64,000 nucleotides of DNA from an uncultured Clostridia bacterium (GCA_947649935.1 CANSTR010000006.1:4494-68493); one strand, 5' to 3'. Positions 45,908 through 56,396 are shown, numbered from the stretch's first letter. The notes: a model not told the origin generated them from the sequence alone. Made by a program: numbers and translations.

Positions 45908-47722
45908 ATGGAAAATACCAACTCATTAATTGCAATGCTAATTTCAGAAGCTCTTATTTTAGTATTATTTTTAACTATCTTTTTTACTCAGAAAAAAGGA
46001 AGTCAATTAAAAAACGCTTTTCTTACTTACATTAGCTTAATTTTTATTTGGATACTAGGATCTATCATACAAATATTATTCCAGTATTCTAATATTGATC
46101 CATTTTTATTTGAAAAATTCTCTGGTTTTGGAGTTGTTTCAGCTCCAGTTGCCTTTCTTTTGTTATGCATGATTTTTTCTAAAACCAAAATAAAATTATC
46201 AAAAAAATATTTACTATTACTAGTCATTCCTATTATAACAGCCATTCTATTTTTAACAAATGAGAAACATCATTTAGTATTCGAACATTATTCCACTAAC
46301 ATTCAGGAAGTTGTCTATGGAAAATACTTCTTTGTACACTCACTTTATACTTATGGACTTTACTTAGTTGGGCTTGTTTATTTACTAAAATATTCTTTTA
46401 AAAACTCAGGATTCTTTTCAAGACAATCCTTATTATTAATTGGTGGAACTTCAATTCCTCTTATTTTAAATTTTCTAGGAACAGCAAAAGTTATATCAGC
46501 TTCTATGTATACCACTCCAATTTCATTTTCTTTTATGGCAGTGTTTTATGCTCTAGCAATCTTTAAATTTAAATTCATTTCTTCTACGCCAATTGCCCTT
46601 CAGAAAATCGTTGACCGAATTTCTGACAGCTATCTTGTACTAGATGAAAATTATAATATTACAGATTTTAACGAAACTTTTTTGCATACATTTAACACTA
46701 AAACAGATTATGTTAGAGGAAGAAATATATTTAAATTAACAAATTCTACTGGTGATATAAAAATAAACAAACTCTTTGAAAAAGCATTTGAAAAAATAAA
46801 GGATTCAACAGAAACATTTCAATTCGAGCAAGCTATTCCTGAAATCCAAAAAGTATTTATGGTTGAAATTAACAATATCTACACCAAAAACAACTTCCTA
46901 GGAATCCTAGTATTGTTTAAAGACATCACACAACACAAACAAGACATTCAAACCATCCAAAACAATCAGGACATCCTAATCGAGCAAGAACGTCTTGCCT
47001 CTCTTGGACAAATGATTGGCGGAATTGCCCATAACTTAAAAACGCCAATTTTCTCCGTTACTGGTGGGTTAGAAGGCTTATCCGATTTAATCAATGAATT
47101 TGACATGTCAATTGACAATGCATCCGTCACTCCTACTGATATGCATGAAATTGCATCCGACATGCGCGAGTGGATTGAAAAATTAAAAGGTCACATCTCC
47201 TATATGTCAGATGTCATCACAACCGTAAAAGGTCAAGCTGTTACCTTATCCGAAAGCGAATCCATGAATTTTTCCATTACGGAATTATTTAAACGTGTCG
47301 ATATTTTAATGAAACACGAAATTAAAAACGCCTTGGCAACACTCGATATTCAAAATCAAGTTGGAGATGCAGAATTGCTAACTGGAAACATCAATAGCTT
47401 AGTGCAAATCATCAACAACATCATTTCCAACGCCATCGAAGCCTATGGAAACGACTATGCCAATAAAAAAATAGAACTATTGGCAAGTCTGGAAAACAAA
47501 AATGTCATCATCTCCATCAAAGACTATGGACCAGGCATTTCTGAAATAGCACAACAAAAACTCTTCAAAGAAATGATAACCACAAAAGGAAAAAACGGCA
47601 CTGGACTAGGCATGTTTATGTCCTACTCGAACATAAAAGTCCACTTCAATGGCAACCTAACCTACAAAACAGAGCCTGGCAAAGGCACAACATTTTATAT
47701 CACAATCCCAGCAAAAACGTAA
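45908..47722 (+). CDS. Orphan sensor histidine kinase (N-terminal 6-7 TM sensor, PAS-like, HisKA, HATPase), directly following the NRPS stop codon
   Basis: 604 aa; ATG immediately follows the NRPS TAA, and AAGGAGG lies inside the NRPS 3' end. H-box GGIAHNLKTPI (His codon 47030-47032). DYGPGIS ... GTGLGMFMS. Confidence 0.85.
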   Translation: MENTNSLIAMLISEALILVLFLTIFFTQKKGSQLKNAFLTYISLIFIWILGSIIQILFQYSNIDPFLFEKFSGFGVVSAPVAFLLLCMIFSKTKIKLSKKYLLLLVIPIITAILFLTNEKHHLVFEHYSTNIQEVVYGKYFFVHSLYTYGLYLVGLVYLLKYSFKNSGFFSRQSLLLIGGTSIPLILNFLGTAKVISASMYTTPISFSFMAVFYALAIFKFKFISSTPIALQKIVDRISDSYLVLDENYNITDFNETFLHTFNTKTDYVRGRNIFKLTNSTGDIKINKLFEKAFEKIKDSTETFQFEQAIPEIQKVFMVEINNIYTKNNFLGILVLFKDITQHKQDIQTIQNNQDILIEQERLASLGQMIGGIAHNLKTPIFSVTGGLEGLSDLINEFDMSIDNASVTPTDMHEIASDMREWIEKLKGHISYMSDVITTVKGQAVTLSESESMNFSITELFKRVDILMKHEIKNALATLDIQNQVGDAELLTGNINSLVQIINNIISNAIEAYGNDYANKKIELLASLENKNVIISIKDYGPGISEIAQQKLFKEMITTKGKNGTGLGMFMSYSNIKVHFNGNLTYKTEPGKGTTFYITIPAKT

Positions 47723-47723
47723 A

Positions 47724-47753
47724 AGGAAAGGAGCATGTCCTTTCCTCTTTTTT
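47724..47753 (+). terminator. Rho-independent terminator of the NRPS-kinase operon
   Basis: 9-bp stem AGGAAAGGA/TCCTTTCCT, 5-nt loop, then CTTTTTT. Confidence 0.8.
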
Positions 47754-47788
47754 ATACAGCAGATTTGGAGAATATCAGCTATTTTTTG

Positions 47789-48142
47789 CTACCATCTATC
47801 CTTTGCTTTCACACACATTTGAATAAAATGATTCCATACTGGTGTAAAAAATGGATAAATAATAATACATTTAATAATGAATCCAACAATGTTATCTAGC
47901 TTCACTATTTTATCTGCTATTGTTCCACCAATAGCTAATAAAATCATGCCAGCAACAAGTATCATAAAATCTTTAGGTTTAGGTGCAATCTCATTAAAGA
48001 TTACACCAACAAAAATACTTACAAATCCCCAAAAAACAACTTGAGGATGTTCTGGTCCTTTCATAATTGTAAAAATTAACATGGCTAAAAGTAAAGCCAT
48101 TTCAAAAAAATAAATTAAAACCCGAAAATTACCGTTTTTCAT
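47789..48142 (-). CDS. Small membrane protein, unknown function
   Basis: ORF trimmed to the ATG at 48142 (GGAGG 7 nt upstream). The longer ORF-track version would run through its own promoter. About 3-4 TM segments. Confidence 0.6.
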   Translation of the reverse strand: MKNGNFRVLIYFFEMALLLAMLIFTIMKGPEHPQVVFWGFVSIFVGVIFNEIAPKPKDFMILVAGMILLAIGGTIADKIVKLDNIVGFIIKCIIIYPFFTPVWNHFIQMCVKAKDRW

Positions 48143-48206
48143 ATTCATTCCTCCTTCTATAATGCACAATCTGCACTGCACCCTCCACCTGCAGTAAAAC
48201 ACCTTA

Positions 48207-48235
48207 ATTATACCATATTTTACATAATTTGTCAA
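48207..48235 (-). promoter_or_regulatory. Sigma-A promoter TTGACA-17-TATAAT (TG-extended)
   Basis: Minus strand TTGACAAATTATGTAAAATATGGTATAAT; differs at 2 of 29 positions from the promoter at 624-652. Confidence 0.65.
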
Positions 48236-48315
48236 GTTTTATGTAGATTTTTGCATCAAAAAAGTCTTATCAAAAATGATAAAACTTTTCCCAATGTTAT
48301 TCAATTATCAATTCC

Positions 48316-50352
48316 TTATTCAATCTCCGAAAAATACTCATGAATGCGAATCACCAATTCATCTTTCGCCTCTTCTAACGAAAAACCTTCGAGCTGTGCG
48401 CCAGCAAGCGTAATATGTCCGCCACCGCCCAACTTTTCCAAAATAATTTGCACATTAATATCGCCAATCGAACGTCCACTAATAAACACTTTTTCCCCAA
48501 TTTTTCCCATCACAAACGATGCCGTAATATCACTAATCGTCAACAATTCGTCTGCCGCCTTCGCACAAATCAAATTGGCATTCTCATCCTCTACATTATC
48601 GTAAATCGAAATCGCAATAGTATCATTAATGATTTCCACATTTTTTACAATATCTGCGATTACATTATAACTCTCCAAATCCGCCTGGAACCATTTTTTC
48701 ACACGAATAATATCCACGCCAAATTTTCTCAAATACGCCGCCGCCTCAAACGTTCTCACACCCGTTTTAAACGTAAAATCCTTCGTATCCACCATAATTC
48801 CGCCATACAAACTCTCTGCCTCCAACAACGTCAATTTTACGTCATCAGCCGCATACTGAATAATCTCTGTCACAAGCTCTGCTGCCGAAGATGCATACAC
48901 TTCATGAAACGAAACTAACGCATCCTTGATTGCCTCTGGCGCCTTTCTGTGATGATCAATCACAATTCTTCTCTCAATTTTCGATAGCAACTCCGGAAAC
49001 TCCACATAATTTTCTTTATGCGTATCCACAATAATCAACAACGTATTTTCCTGAACAATTTCCTCCGCTTCTTCCTCAGAAATCATCACGCCTTCGTACT
49101 CTTCATTTTTCGAAAAATCATCCAAAAATTTACCCAACGATTTCCCTTTTGGCTCCGACACAATAAACGCATCTTTCCCCAATGTTTTCGACAAACGATA
49201 CATGCCAAGTCCAGAACCAATCGCGTCAATATCAATATGGCTATGCCCCATAATCAAAACATTGCTTGACTCTTTAATCAAATTCGCAATCGACCCCGCA
49301 ATGGTTCTCGCCTTAACTTTCGTTCTCTTTTCAACCTCTACTGTCTTGCCACCATAAAACTTATATTTTCCATTTTTACGAATGACCGCTTGGTCACCAC
49401 CACGACCCAAAACAATATCCATCGCATCAACCGCAGACTTATACTTCTCGAAATTCGTATCCCCCTCATTCGAAATCGCAATACTCAAAGTAACCTGAAT
49501 ATCTGAATTTTCATTCATATTTTTCACTTTGTCCAATATATTAACCTTGTCTTTTTCAATTCCAGATAAATACTGTTGCTCAAAAATATACAAAAATCGG
49601 TCTCTTTCGGTCTTGACAATCAAGCCACCAGTCTCCTTCGCCCAATCCATCAAGCTTCTTTCCACATTCGTAACCAACTCTGCCCTTTCTTCAGGCATTG
49701 CGCGTTGCATCACATCTTCGTAATTATCAATCATCGCAATTCCAATGCACAATTTTGAACTATTATATTTATCAAACAACTCATTATATTTCGTATCATC
49801 AATAAAATACATGGTCAACTGATACTCACGTTGTTTTCGCTTATCCTTCTTCTTGCTCTTGGAAACACCACAATAAATCTTATAAAATTTTTCCTCAATA
49901 TTGAACTGTTTCGTAATATATTTGTTTTTGTCAAATTCCTGCCCAGTTTCCTCCGCTTCCTTCTCAATATTCATCTTGATTTCTTTCAAAATGGGATTCA
50001 AGCAAGTAATCACATCCACCTCTTTAAAAGCATCAATAAAACTCTTACTTTTCCACACAATCGCCCCATCTGTTTCAATCAACAAAAGCGGAATTGGAGA
50101 ATTAATCAAATTATTTCGATTCGCCACATTCATATCCGTCGTAATTTCTTGAATATGATTCACAATCTCCACTTTTCTCTTATCATTGGACCATACTGCA
50201 TAACAAAGCAAAAGGATGCACAAAACAACGGATGGTACAATAAACTTACTATCATACATACAAAGCAAAATGCAAAGCAACACAATAACAAGCAAATAAA
50301 CATTAAACTTTAAGTTAATTTTATCCAAAATTTCCTGACTTCTTTTCGGCAT
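48316..50352 (-). CDS. gdpP: GdpP-type cyclic-di-AMP phosphodiesterase (2 TM, PAS-like, degenerate GGDEF, DHH/DHHA1)
   Basis: Trimmed to the ATG at 50352 (GGAG upstream); IMGHSHIDIDAIGS, VIDHHR, GGGGH motifs. Confidence 0.88.
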   Translation of the reverse strand: MPKRSQEILDKINLKFNVYLLVIVLLCILLCMYDSKFIVPSVVLCILLLCYAVWSNDKRKVEIVNHIQEITTDMNVANRNNLINSPIPLLLIETDGAIVWKSKSFIDAFKEVDVITCLNPILKEIKMNIEKEAEETGQEFDKNKYITKQFNIEEKFYKIYCGVSKSKKKDKRKQREYQLTMYFIDDTKYNELFDKYNSSKLCIGIAMIDNYEDVMQRAMPEERAELVTNVERSLMDWAKETGGLIVKTERDRFLYIFEQQYLSGIEKDKVNILDKVKNMNENSDIQVTLSIAISNEGDTNFEKYKSAVDAMDIVLGRGGDQAVIRKNGKYKFYGGKTVEVEKRTKVKARTIAGSIANLIKESSNVLIMGHSHIDIDAIGSGLGMYRLSKTLGKDAFIVSEPKGKSLGKFLDDFSKNEEYEGVMISEEEAEEIVQENTLLIIVDTHKENYVEFPELLSKIERRIVIDHHRKAPEAIKDALVSFHEVYASSAAELVTEIIQYAADDVKLTLLEAESLYGGIMVDTKDFTFKTGVRTFEAAAYLRKFGVDIIRVKKWFQADLESYNVIADIVKNVEIINDTIAISIYDNVEDENANLICAKAADELLTISDITASFVMGKIGEKVFISGRSIGDINVQIILEKLGGGGHITLAGAQLEGFSLEEAKDELVIRIHEYFSEIE

Positions 50353-50500
50353 AAACACTCCTTCTCTTTTTATTATACCACATTTTAGCCATAATGTCAA
50401 ATTTTCCTTGTTTTCCAAATCTGACAAAAAATTTCATTTTGCTCTTGATTTCTCAAAAAAACCCTGTTATAATAATTCAAATAAAGAAAGAAGGTCAAAA

Positions 50501-52306
50501 ATGAATCAATCACAAATTTTACTAAAAAAGTATTTTGGCTATGACAACTTCCGACCTGGTCAAAATGAAATCATTGAACAAATCACAAGTGGTAAAGATT
50601 GCTTAGCAATCATGCCAACTGGCGCAGGCAAATCCATTTGTTACCAAATTCCAGCTCTGCTTCTGCCTGGCATCACGCTTGTTATCTCTCCCCTTATTTC
50701 CTTAATGAAAGACCAAGTCAATAGCCTTAATGAAATCGGTATCCCTGCAACTCTCATAAACAGCACACTTACTGAAAACGAATTTCACGAAAACCTCAAA
50801 AAAATTCTATCTCAAGCCTATAAAATAATTTACATTACCCCAGAAAGATTCAGTTCCGATTCTTTCATTCACCTCCTAAAACAATTAGACATTTCCATGA
50901 TTACAATTGATGAAGCACACTGTATATCACAATGGGGTCATGATTTTCGTCCAAGTTACCGAGAAATTGCAAACGTTATTGCCACCTTACAAAAACGTCC
51001 CATTTTGTCTGCCTTCACGGCAACTGCAACACAAATCGTAAAAACGGACATCATCGAATCCCTTCAGTTATCTCATCCTTTTGTTTTAACCACCGGATTT
51101 GACCGCGCCAATTTGCAATTTTCCGTAGAAATGCCTTATAACAAAAGAAATTTCCTTTTTCATTTTCTAAGAAACCATACAAACGATGCTGGCATCATTT
51201 ATTGTTCAACACGAAAACAAGTTGACGCCTTATATGAGGAACTTTCTCTCGCCGAATATCCTGTTTCCAAATACCATGGTGGTATGAGTGAAACCGCCAG
51301 AAATCAAGCCCAAGACGATTTCACTTATGACCGCACTTCCATCATGGTTGCAACCAACGCATTTGGCATGGGAATTGACAAATCCAATATTCGCTATGTC
51401 ATTCATTATAACATGCCCAAAGACCTTGAAAGCTATTACCAAGAAGCCGGCCGTGCAGGACGTGATGGCGACCAAGCACAATGCATTTTGCTGTTTAGCC
51501 AAAGCGACATTCTCACCAATAAATTCCTCATTCAGCAGGCTACGACATCTTCTAATTCCAAAATCGAATACGACAAATTAAATGACATCATCGCCTACTG
51601 CAACACTGACAAATGCTTACGAAAATACATACTCGAATACTTTGGCGAAACGCCAACTTTTGAACATTGCGACCACTGCAGCAACTGTTTATCGGAAATC
51701 GAAACAACCGATATCACCATTGATGCAAAAAAAATTCTATCTTGCATCAAACGCATGAACGAACGATTCGGCGCAGGACTTGTTGCCGATGTATTAAAAG
51801 GTTCCAAAGCCGCAAAAGTAAAGCAATTCGGTTTCCACCAATTGTCCACCTATGGCATCATGAAAGAATATTCGAAAAACACCATCACCAACTTAATCTA
51901 CTTTTTAATCACAGAAGGCTACATCAATACCGTTGGCGAACAATATCCTATTTTGAACTTAACCCAATCTGCAAACACGGTGTTATTTCAAGGGAAACAA
52001 GTTTTCATCAAACGAAAAATCGAAACCGAGCATCCTACTAAAAACACCGAGCTTTCTTATGACGAAAACCTATTTGAAATCTTAAGAACCCTTAGACGCA
52101 ATCTTGCAAATCAGAACAACATTCCACCATTTGTGGTTTTTACGGATGCTACTTTAAAAGAAATGTCCACATATTTTCCCACAACTGAGGAAAACCTGTT
52201 AAAAATCAATGGCGTAGGCAATCAAAAATTAGAAAAATACGGAAAACAATTTATTAACGCTATTTCCAACTATGTAACCCAAAATAATATTTCACCCAAA
52301 AAGTAG
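50501..52306 (+). CDS. recQ: ATP-dependent DNA helicase RecQ
   Basis: Trimmed to the ATG at 50501. FGYDNFRPGQ, MPTGAGKS, DEAHCISQWGHDFRP, zinc-finger Cys cluster CDHCSNC, C-terminal HRDC-like region. Confidence 0.93.
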   Translation: MNQSQILLKKYFGYDNFRPGQNEIIEQITSGKDCLAIMPTGAGKSICYQIPALLLPGITLVISPLISLMKDQVNSLNEIGIPATLINSTLTENEFHENLKKILSQAYKIIYITPERFSSDSFIHLLKQLDISMITIDEAHCISQWGHDFRPSYREIANVIATLQKRPILSAFTATATQIVKTDIIESLQLSHPFVLTTGFDRANLQFSVEMPYNKRNFLFHFLRNHTNDAGIIYCSTRKQVDALYEELSLAEYPVSKYHGGMSETARNQAQDDFTYDRTSIMVATNAFGMGIDKSNIRYVIHYNMPKDLESYYQEAGRAGRDGDQAQCILLFSQSDILTNKFLIQQATTSSNSKIEYDKLNDIIAYCNTDKCLRKYILEYFGETPTFEHCDHCSNCLSEIETTDITIDAKKILSCIKRMNERFGAGLVADVLKGSKAAKVKQFGFHQLSTYGIMKEYSKNTITNLIYFLITEGYINTVGEQYPILNLTQSANTVLFQGKQVFIKRKIETEHPTKNTELSYDENLFEILRTLRRNLANQNNIPPFVVFTDATLKEMSTYFPTTEENLLKINGVGNQKLEKYGKQFINAISNYVTQNNISPKK

Positions 52307-52337
52307 CTGCCTCAAAAAGGCAACTACTTTGCAACTC

Positions 52338-53414
52338 CTATTTCACATATTCATTCAAAGGCTTCATTCTTGCTTGCAAATCACCAAATCGGTCAGTTGG
52401 AATATAGCCTGGCTCACTATTGACCACATCTGGCAATCGATTCACAATTGTTGCACAGGTTAACTCAACCGTAGCCGGCTTTTCTACAACAATCGTTGTG
52501 GTTGGCTCCCCTTCGACTGTCCAAATATTTTTGTCAAATTCATCTGGCGCATACACTTTTCCAATACATTCTGACTCAATCGTAATGCCTTCTTTGGTTT
52601 CACTTGTTACAACAGCGCTCATTCCAGTTGCATCTCCTACTTTGACAGTCATATTCAACGTACTCGAAAAAATATCTTCTGAATGCGTTTGTGGCACACA
52701 TTTTTGCGTTTGCGAACTAATTGTCAATCCCAACTTTTCTGCTAACCAACCATTCACATTCCACATATACGATGGCAAATAGTCTCCATTTTCAATGACT
52801 TTTTGCCTTTCCTCATCACTAATTCTATCCGCAGACGCAATTTCTTTATCAAATTCGTCCAACGTCAATCCTGCGCCATGCGCTTTTGCCAAAGCAATTC
52901 CATAATCCTCCACATTGTAACTCGAACTACCTTTTATTTTCGTAATTTTCTGCGTTGAACCAGTAATTGACGTAATCAATTGTCCCCAGTAAATATCTTG
53001 ATAGCCACTTCCCGTAATCGTGCAACCATTTTTCTTCGCCAACTCATCGATTTTCTTCGTCAAATTTGGATTCGAATTCATTGGGAAAAACGCTTCTTCG
53101 CAAGTGGTAATTGCATTAATTCCAAGTTCTGCACACAACAGCAAAGCATCTTTTACATCTTTCAACAAACTCATCGTCGTTACAATCACAACATCTGGCT
53201 TTGTTTCCTGCAAAACTGTTCTTGCTTCTTTTGCATCATGAACTGTAACACCTTTTTTCTCGGAACCCATAATTTCGCCAATATCTTTCCCAACAACTGC
53301 TGGGTTCACATCTACAGCGCCAACAATTTCGGCACCTTTCTCATATACATAACGCATCGTATATACCGCCATTTTGCCAGTTCCATACTGAAATACCTTC
53401 AATTTTCTCTCCAT
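52338..53414 (-). CDS. DapB-like NAD(P)-dependent amine dehydrogenase family protein (2,4-diaminopentanoate dehydrogenase-like)
   Basis: 358 aa; N-terminal Rossmann KVFQYGTGKMAVYTMRYVYEKGAEIVGAVD; family assignment from memory only. Confidence 0.5.
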   Translation of the reverse strand: MERKLKVFQYGTGKMAVYTMRYVYEKGAEIVGAVDVNPAVVGKDIGEIMGSEKKGVTVHDAKEARTVLQETKPDVVIVTTMSLLKDVKDALLLCAELGINAITTCEEAFFPMNSNPNLTKKIDELAKKNGCTITGSGYQDIYWGQLITSITGSTQKITKIKGSSSYNVEDYGIALAKAHGAGLTLDEFDKEIASADRISDEERQKVIENGDYLPSYMWNVNGWLAEKLGLTISSQTQKCVPQTHSEDIFSSTLNMTVKVGDATGMSAVVTSETKEGITIESECIGKVYAPDEFDKNIWTVEGEPTTTIVVEKPATVELTCATIVNRLPDVVNSEPGYIPTDRFGDLQARMKPLNEYVK

Positions 53415-53579
53415 AAATTACCTCCCAAAATTATGATTCATCTTTCATTTAATATATCAATTATATCAAATAATATTTTTCACAAAAATAGTTTTCACAA
53501 AAAAATTAAAAATTATCATTTTAATTTTAGTTCTATTTCCAAAACTTGTACATATATACTTAATATAATGGAGGGAATT

Positions 53580-54581
53580 ATGCGATTTATTGTTATTTCA
53601 ATCAAAAAATATTTTTTTACGGTACTTTTTTTGTTGTTCACCTTAAGCCTCATTTTATTTTCTGCAACCAATTTAGAAGCAGCTAAAAACGGCTTAATTT
53701 TGTGGGCAAACTCAGTTGTGCCAACCCTATTTCCATTTTTTGTCGCAACCGAATTATTATGCAAAACAAACTTTATACAAATTCTCGGAAAATCCTTAAA
53801 TCAATTTATGAAACCTGTTTTCAACGTTCCCGGCGAAAGCGCTATTGCAATTATTATGGGCATTATCAGTGGTTATCCTGTTGGAGCCAAAGTCGTATGC
53901 AACTTATACGACAACAAAATCTGCTCCAAATCAGAAGCAGAGCGCCTCATTGCCTTCACTAACAATTCTGGTCCCATTTTTATTTTAGGCTCTGTTGGCG
54001 TGTCCCTTTTAGGCAACGTAACCCTTGGCAAAACATTGTTAATCAGCCATATTCTCGCCTCGCTTTGCGTAGGTCTTGTTTTTCGTTTTTGGAAAAAAGA
54101 TAAAGTTGACATCACTTTTAGAAATTTCAGGTCAGAAAGTAAAGAACTCATTCGCATTTCCAATCTAGGCGAAATCCTAGGTGACGCTATTAAAAAGTCA
54201 ATTTCAACCATTCTATCCATTGGTGGATTTGTGGTTTTATTTTCCGTTATTATTTCGATTTTGTCAAACTTGGAAATTTTAACTGGAATCGCTAGTTTTC
54301 TAGCAAATTTCGGTATTCCGTATGACATTGCTTTTAGCATTTTAACTGGCATCATCGAAATGACAAATGGAGTTAACCTAGCAAGCAACTGCTATGCAAG
54401 TCTACCTATTCCTTGCCTTTTAACTTGCAGTTTTCTGCTAGGATTTGGTGGAATTTCTGTGCTATTGCAAGTGTTTTCCATCATCTCAAAATCAAAAATT
54501 TCCATCAAGCCCTACCTTTATGGAAAACTGCTACAAGGCACTTTTTCTGTTATCTTTACTTTTATCTTATTGCAAATATAA
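53580..54581 (+). CDS. ylbJ: Sporulation integral membrane protein YlbJ (nucleoside-recognition/Gate domain)
   Basis: Real start is the ATG at 53580 (GGAGGG RBS). The first 200 aa of ORF 52980..54581 are antisense to the neighbouring gene. WANSVVPTLFPFFV, PGESAIAIIMGIISGYPVGAKV, AFTNNSGPIF. Confidence 0.8.
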   Translation: MRFIVISIKKYFFTVLFLLFTLSLILFSATNLEAAKNGLILWANSVVPTLFPFFVATELLCKTNFIQILGKSLNQFMKPVFNVPGESAIAIIMGIISGYPVGAKVVCNLYDNKICSKSEAERLIAFTNNSGPIFILGSVGVSLLGNVTLGKTLLISHILASLCVGLVFRFWKKDKVDITFRNFRSESKELIRISNLGEILGDAIKKSISTILSIGGFVVLFSVIISILSNLEILTGIASFLANFGIPYDIAFSILTGIIEMTNGVNLASNCYASLPIPCLLTCSFLLGFGGISVLLQVFSIISKSKISIKPYLYGKLLQGTFSVIFTFILLQI

Positions 54582-54626
54582 AAAAGCACGAGAGAAATTT
54601 TGCAAAACAAAATTTCTCTCGTTTTC
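54582..54626. terminator. Bidirectional rho-independent terminator
   Basis: 13-bp perfect stem CGAGAGAAATTTT/AAAATTTCTCTCG, A-run upstream, T-run downstream; sits between convergent genes. Confidence 0.85.
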
Positions 54627-54638
54627 ACATGATTCAAT

Positions 54639-56396
54639 CTATTCCATTTCATAGTCATCTATGAAATCTCTTTCCTTCTCAATGGCTTTAACTTGTTTTT
54701 TTATCTGTTTCTTATAGAAATTAAATGTTTTTATATAAGCTCTTTCTCGTTCTCTTTCAGGTGTTCTTCTCTTTGTTTGATTTTTTCGACCTTTTAATAT
54801 ATCCTTTGTCTTTTTCATCAAAGAACCTATCTCATCTAAGGACATAGCTGGAATAGAACTTCCTTGCTTAAACTGCGCTTTATATACTGCTATAAGAGCA
54901 GACCTTTTCAACAAATCAAGCAATACTCTTTCATTTTCTGTTCCTTCTATTCCTTTAATATGTATTATTGGCTCTGGTGTATTGGTCTTTTTCTCTGCTT
55001 CTTCCTTCTTAACACTTTCTTGATCAACCAATCCATCATATTTCTGTCTAGCTCTCTCAGCTTGCGTCTTCAACACTCGCATCTCGCCCTCTCGTAGCGT
55101 AATATCTTTCTCTATTTCTTTTCTCTCAACCGAACCTTCTGGAAAAGAATCTCGTTTCGCTTTTAACGCATCTATTTCGTTTTTCCTACGGTTTACCGAA
55201 TTAGTAAACGCATTTACTTCTTCTGTTAGCTGAATCATTTTTTCTTTTCGTTCCTCAGCACTTTTTTCATCCGTTGAATTTGCAACTCCTGTCGACACTA
55301 GAGCATTTTCTGGTTTTGAATTTTGATTCATATTTTCTCCTTTCTTCTCTTCTTCAAAGTTTCCTGACTGTTGTACTCCTTGTTTCCATTCAGTTGCTAC
55401 GGTTTCTTTCGTTGGATTTGGAGCCTCCACCTCTGGTTGTTCTTCCTCTGATACTTCCTCCTGTTCTTGAGAAATCACCCCAAACTTTTCAGACAAACAC
55501 TCTTTTAGCATTTCCAAATCCTGCATTATCCAATCCTTTAATTCGCCTTCTGATTTAAATAGAAAATCGACATCAACATAATTCATTGCATTTTCTATAA
55601 AATCGATTATCTCTGTTTTGTTTTGTTCTGGTATTGTTTGTGGGACAGCATCTCGTAAATTTCCAAACTTCTCCAACATCTTTTCTTTTAATTCATCTCC
55701 AGTAGTACTTTCAAGATCTGCCTTTATATTGTCTATCTGTTGCAAAATAACATTCATTGCATCTTGATTTGCTGTTACCGTTGGTTCTTCTTCCTGTTCC
55801 TCTTCTTGATTTAACCCAAATTTCTCTGCAACAATTTCTTCTAATTTTTCTAAATCAGCTATTACGCCTTCTCCTAATGTACTCTCAGGCATTTTCTCAA
55901 AAGCATTTTTGCATATATCCTCACATTCTGCTCTAAGATTTCTTATACGCGCTATGATATCTACTCCTTTTTGAGCCTTTTCACTTAATCCATATCTTGT
56001 TGCTTGCTCTCTTTTTACTTCTTCCTCAATTTTCGCAAAAATTTCTTCTGATGATTGTTTTGTTTCAACAACCTGCTCATCAGTTTCTTTACTGATTTCT
56101 GAATTTAATTTCTTATCTATTATAGATTCATTTTCATCATGCGTTTCAATTGGCTTCTCTTCTGAATATTCACTATCTCCACTATCAGGAATTTCTTCCT
56201 CCTCAATAACAAGAGTTTCTGCCTTGTATTGCTCTCTTAATGCTTTTCCCATTTCAGTTAATTCTTCCAGCATAGCTTTTTTTTCTTGTTCCAATTTCTT
56301 TATTTGAGTAATTACTGCTTCTCTTTCCTCACCTATTCTTTTTAATTTTGAATCAAGTCTATCTAATTCCTTATTAATTTCTCTTACATCATCCAT
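54639..56396 (-). CDS. Acidic coiled-coil protein, unknown function
   Basis: 585 aa, Glu/Lys-rich heptad-like stretches, basic C-terminal tail; no family recognised. Confidence 0.6.
   Translation of the reverse strand: MDDVREINKELDRLDSKLKRIGEEREAVITQIKKLEQEKKAMLEELTEMGKALREQYKAETLVIEEEEIPDSGDSEYSEEKPIETHDENESIIDKKLNSEISKETDEQVVETKQSSEEIFAKIEEEVKREQATRYGLSEKAQKGVDIIARIRNLRAECEDICKNAFEKMPESTLGEGVIADLEKLEEIVAEKFGLNQEEEQEEEPTVTANQDAMNVILQQIDNIKADLESTTGDELKEKMLEKFGNLRDAVPQTIPEQNKTEIIDFIENAMNYVDVDFLFKSEGELKDWIMQDLEMLKECLSEKFGVISQEQEEVSEEEQPEVEAPNPTKETVATEWKQGVQQSGNFEEEKKGENMNQNSKPENALVSTGVANSTDEKSAEERKEKMIQLTEEVNAFTNSVNRRKNEIDALKAKRDSFPEGSVERKEIEKDITLREGEMRVLKTQAERARQKYDGLVDQESVKKEEAEKKTNTPEPIIHIKGIEGTENERVLLDLLKRSALIAVYKAQFKQGSSIPAMSLDEIGSLMKKTKDILKGRKNQTKRRTPERERERAYIKTFNFYKKQIKKQVKAIEKERDFIDDYEME

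Noticed and set aside
50353-50500. N-terminal extensions in the ORF track for gdpP (to 50427) and recQ (from 50408), and likewise for the flavin reductase (to 60333), the small membrane protein (to 48235) and the exported protein (to 32767)
   Set aside because: Internal ATGs with proper RBS spacing match the conserved N-termini. The extensions overlap divergent promoters or neighbouring genes.
52980-53579. N-terminal 200 aa of the 533-aa plus-strand ORF
   Set aside because: It is antisense to the well-supported amine-dehydrogenase-family gene and has low-complexity composition. The real ylbJ start at 53580 has a GGAGGG RBS.
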